A DNA stretch of 64,000 bases from a virus. Position 1 is the first letter of the stretch; each line of letters starts with the position of its first letter. Location: the IMG/VR virus record IMGVR_UViG_3300031857_000025; one strand, 5' to 3'. The notes below the pieces were generated by a model. The model was not told where the DNA came from, searched no databases, and worked only from the letters and a program-made list of their open reading frames with translations. Shown piece by piece: positions 61,001-64,000 of this stretch. The position numbers were made by a program, and so were the translations under genes.

Positions 61001-61366
61001 ATGAGTAAACCAAAAGTATTAGGTATGGAGTATGGTATTGAGATTACTAGACCATGGAGTCCAGCAATGTATGACCATAATGAAAAAGTATCCATCCAAA
61101 TGAAAGAGTCCATCTTTACGGCTTTAACTAATGCATATAAAGAGGACAATGAAGATGATGTTCGTGCCATATCAAAAGCTATTTGTGCTTACGGTCATGG
61201 ACATGGTTATGATTTAGATGGTATTTATGAAGATGCATGCCGAGAGCTAGATATGACTCAGAACCATTGGTTGGATAGCAGTTGCTGGCCAGATTTGGTT
61301 AAGGCAGGATTGGTAGAAGATTTAGAAGTTAAATTTGTAGGATATAAAAAGACGTTATATATATAA
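61001..61366 (+). CDS. hypothetical protein
   Basis: first ORF behind the cassette. Confidence 0.6.
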   Translation: MSKPKVLGMEYGIEITRPWSPAMYDHNEKVSIQMKESIFTALTNAYKEDNEDDVRAISKAICAYGHGHGYDLDGIYEDACRELDMTQNHWLDSSCWPDLVKAGLVEDLEVKFVGYKKTLYI

Positions 61367-61392
61367 AAAGTAATAATTAAAAAATAAAAAGT

Positions 61393-61770
61393 ATGAACAA
61401 TTTTGAATTTCATGTAGATGACCGAGTAATAATTAGCAACAGTGGCAAATTATATGATACCTTTTGGCCAATGCGAAAGGCATGGGACTTTGATTGTGGT
61501 GATAATGATTTAGGTTCATTCAATGCTGAGAATGGTGATATGGGTACTATAGTTAAGCGTGGATATCATTATACATTCGGCCATCAAATTTATGGTGTGC
61601 AAATGGATAACGGTGAGCAAGTTATCATACATGAAGATGGTATCACAAAGGCACCTGAAGATCAATTAGAAGCTTTGATTGATAAATTAAGTATGCAATC
61701 CGATGTGTTTTCGATTGAAACAATTCGTGAAACAGCTAAAAAAATTCGTAACCAATATCCAAATCTATAA
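61393..61770 (+). CDS. hypothetical protein
   Basis: 125 aa ORF. Confidence 0.55.
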   Translation: MNNFEFHVDDRVIISNSGKLYDTFWPMRKAWDFDCGDNDLGSFNAENGDMGTIVKRGYHYTFGHQIYGVQMDNGEQVIIHEDGITKAPEDQLEALIDKLSMQSDVFSIETIRETAKKIRNQYPNL

Positions 61771-61774
61771 GTAT

Positions 61775-61990
61775 ATGTTAAAACATTATGATTTCCAAGA
61801 AGCCCAAGAGCTGATGTACACCAAGGAAGTATTGACTTCGGAAGAAGCTAAGCTTTGTTTCCAATTGATGCCTGCCATGGCAAAAGAGTATTTGTTTCAT
61901 CATTTTTGGAACAATACCTATCTCAATCTGAATGTTTATTCAGAAGTAGAACATCATGCACAACAACTTAAAATGGAACAAGGTATATGA
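61775..61990 (+). CDS. hypothetical protein
   Basis: ORF in operon. Confidence 0.5.
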   Translation: MLKHYDFQEAQELMYTKEVLTSEEAKLCFQLMPAMAKEYLFHHFWNNTYLNLNVYSEVEHHAQQLKMEQGI

Positions 61991-62232
61991 ATAACGAACA
62001 CTATACAGACCTGGTAAAAGAATGCATCTTCTGCTATGAACAATCTACTCCAGAGAAGTATGATGAAGATATGCATAAGGCATTGAGATATGAGTCATGC
62101 ATCTATGAGTTGTTCAAACAGATGACCGACCCAGAGTTAGATTGTTACAGATCAAAATTAGTTGAGCTAGGTTACGTTGACTACTCAGAGTATAATAGAA
62201 CAGATAACGGATTAGTAAAAGCAATAAAATAA
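61987..62232 (+). CDS. hypothetical protein
   Basis: ORF in operon. Confidence 0.5.
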   Translation: MNNEHYTDLVKECIFCYEQSTPEKYDEDMHKALRYESCIYELFKQMTDPELDCYRSKLVELGYVDYSEYNRTDNGLVKAIK

Positions 62233-62236
62233 AGAT

Positions 62237-62458
62237 ATGAGTAACATTAAATTTCACACCAATAGACAAGTAGCCTTACAGATGGCTATCGAATACAGAA
62301 AGGGCCAAGTAGACAATACACCAGAGACGATAATCCTTCAAGCGGATGAGTTCTATGAATGGCTACAGAATGCTCCTATGAAGGACGAAGACCAGAAGTA
62401 TTGGTTAGACGGATCTACAATTTCAAAACCTAATAAAAACAAAACAGATAACAAATGA
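62237..62458 (+). CDS. hypothetical protein
   Basis: ORF in operon. Confidence 0.5.
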   Translation: MSNIKFHTNRQVALQMAIEYRKGQVDNTPETIILQADEFYEWLQNAPMKDEDQKYWLDGSTISKPNKNKTDNK

Positions 62459-63549
62459 AGTTAGCGACATTATATAAAAGATCAACCACCGGTAAAGTAG
62501 TGGAATGGACTATTGAAGTACAAGGTAATTCATATCGTAGTACATCGGGTTATATAGATGGTGTTAAAACAACTACGGAATGGACTCAATGCGAAGGAAA
62601 GAATATCGGCCGTGCCAATGCTACTACAGCTGATGAACAAGCTTTGAGTGAAGCTGTTAGTATCTGGCAAAAGCGAATGGAGTTAGGATCATTTGAAAAT
62701 ATCAATGACATTGATAAGCCAGTTTATTTCAAACCAATGCTGGCTAAGGATTGGAATGAAGAAAAGCATAGAGTACAGTATCCAGTATTTAGCCAACCTA
62801 AACTGGATGGTATACGATGTATTGTGAAATCGGATGGAATGTGGACACGTAATGGTAAACCAATATTATCAGCTCCGCATATATTTGATTCCATGAAGCC
62901 ATTGTTTGAATCTAATCCGGATTTGATCTTTGACGGTGAATTGTATGCTGATAAGTTTGCAAATGATTTCAATGCCATTGTGTCATTAGTTAAAAAGACT
63001 AAACCAACTGCATCAGACTTAAAGGCTAGTGCTGAGTCAATTCAATATCACATTTATGATTTACCTAGTTGCGGTAGTGTGTTTAGTAAACGGTCTGAAG
63101 AATTATATAAATTAGATTTACCTAATTGTTGCAAACGAGTAGATACTCATCATGTTGAAGATGAAGATATGTTAATGGATCTATATAGTGAGTATGTTAC
63201 TGATGGTTATGAAGGACAGATGATACGTTTAGATAAAGAATATGAATACAAACGATCCAAGTCATTGCTTAAACATAAATCATTCATTGACGAAGAGTAT
63301 ACTATTTTGGATGTAGTTGAAGGCGAAGGTAACAAGACCGGTATGGTTGGATCCTTTGTATTTCAAAACTCAGATGGTAAACAGTTCAACGCTGCTCCCA
63401 AATACAATTGGGATGAATGCAAGTCACTTTGGAAGAACCGTGATTCATTGATTGGTAAAATGGCAACGGTTAAGTATTTCAATTTAACACCAGATAATGT
63501 TCCAAGATTTCCATATGTAATTAATATTGATAGAAATAGTTATGAATAA
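62455..63549 (+). CDS. ATP-dependent DNA ligase
   Basis: PMLA, QPKLDGIRC, DGELY, YEGQM, RSKSLLK, PRFP. Confidence 0.92.
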   Translation: MKLATLYKRSTTGKVVEWTIEVQGNSYRSTSGYIDGVKTTTEWTQCEGKNIGRANATTADEQALSEAVSIWQKRMELGSFENINDIDKPVYFKPMLAKDWNEEKHRVQYPVFSQPKLDGIRCIVKSDGMWTRNGKPILSAPHIFDSMKPLFESNPDLIFDGELYADKFANDFNAIVSLVKKTKPTASDLKASAESIQYHIYDLPSCGSVFSKRSEELYKLDLPNCCKRVDTHHVEDEDMLMDLYSEYVTDGYEGQMIRLDKEYEYKRSKSLLKHKSFIDEEYTILDVVEGEGNKTGMVGSFVFQNSDGKQFNAAPKYNWDECKSLWKNRDSLIGKMATVKYFNLTPDNVPRFPYVINIDRNSYE

Positions 63550-63667
63550 GATAAATGATAGTTTTGTAGACAGAGTTACGGAAGTAGCAATTGTTTTTGG
63601 CTTTACGGTTGTTTTAGTGAAAATTTTACTTTATATTACGGTAGGTTTAATAAGTTTAATACAATGA
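63542..63667 (+). CDS. 41 aa TM peptide, not in the ORF track
   Basis: MNKINDSFVDRVTEVAIVFGFTVVLVKILLYITVGLISLIQ; overlaps both neighbours. Confidence 0.45.
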   Translation: MNKINDSFVDRVTEVAIVFGFTVVLVKILLYITVGLISLIQ

Positions 63668-63957
63668 CAAGAACATATATACAAGTAACATATATAGCCC
63701 AGGTATATAATAAGCCTGTAGTAACGGCTCATAGATGGAATGATTTAGTAGCTGGACTAGATGATTACTATGGCATAGGTAATGATCCAAAGGTTAAAAA
63801 GATAGGATGGAATCCATATGATAATCCATTCACAGATTCCTATGAAGGATACTTTGAATATGAAGTAGATGACTTCAACGGCGGTACAGAAATAGAAAAG
63901 GTTAATGTGTATTGTGTAGACTTTTATCCACATACTAAATACGAAATAGAACAATGA
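63664..63957 (+). CDS. hypothetical protein
   Basis: 97 aa ORF. Confidence 0.55.
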   Translation: MTRTYIQVTYIAQVYNKPVVTAHRWNDLVAGLDDYYGIGNDPKVKKIGWNPYDNPFTDSYEGYFEYEVDDFNGGTEIEKVNVYCVDFYPHTKYEIEQ

Positions 63958-64000
63958 AAAAACTAATAACATTACTTATGCTAGTCGGTTTAACAGCAAC

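Overview
This AT-rich window is part of a large, probably lytic tailed phage genome with a T4-like replication core. Every credible gene lies on the + strand. A Bacteroidota host is inferred from about 16 TTTG-N20-TAnnTTTA promoters and a type IX secretion (type B CTD) cargo protein. Order of content: a PolA-like gene, ferritin and probable virion-internal proteins (0.1-5.4 kb); ssb, recA, 5'-3' exonuclease, helicase and class II nrdJ (5.6-12 kb); a 7-deazaguanine pathway interleaved with the replisome and chaperonins (queD, queE, groES, folE, hpt, polB, a glycosyltransferase, a TGT/DpdA-like enzyme, sliding clamp, dut, clamp loader, groEL; 13-27 kb); a ~15 kb glycosyltransferase, methyltransferase and heptose island (27.7-42.5 kb); lysis and late genes, clpS and a DpdL-like gene (42.5-47.7 kb); a structured-RNA operon (48.3-51 kb) with four tRNAs, a ~900 nt GOLLD-like RNA, an anticodon-less tRNA mimic and two further small structured RNAs; then accessory genes (SLT, T9SS cargo, RNA repair enzymes, DNA ligase) behind a repeated palindrome-plus-promoter cassette. 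The best candidates for something new are (i) a clamp-tethered, possibly glycosylated deazaguanine DNA modification system and (ii) the rRNA-operon-like ncRNA locus, whose RNAs share motifs and complementary segments. All family assignments come from motifs recognised by eye; no database search was run.
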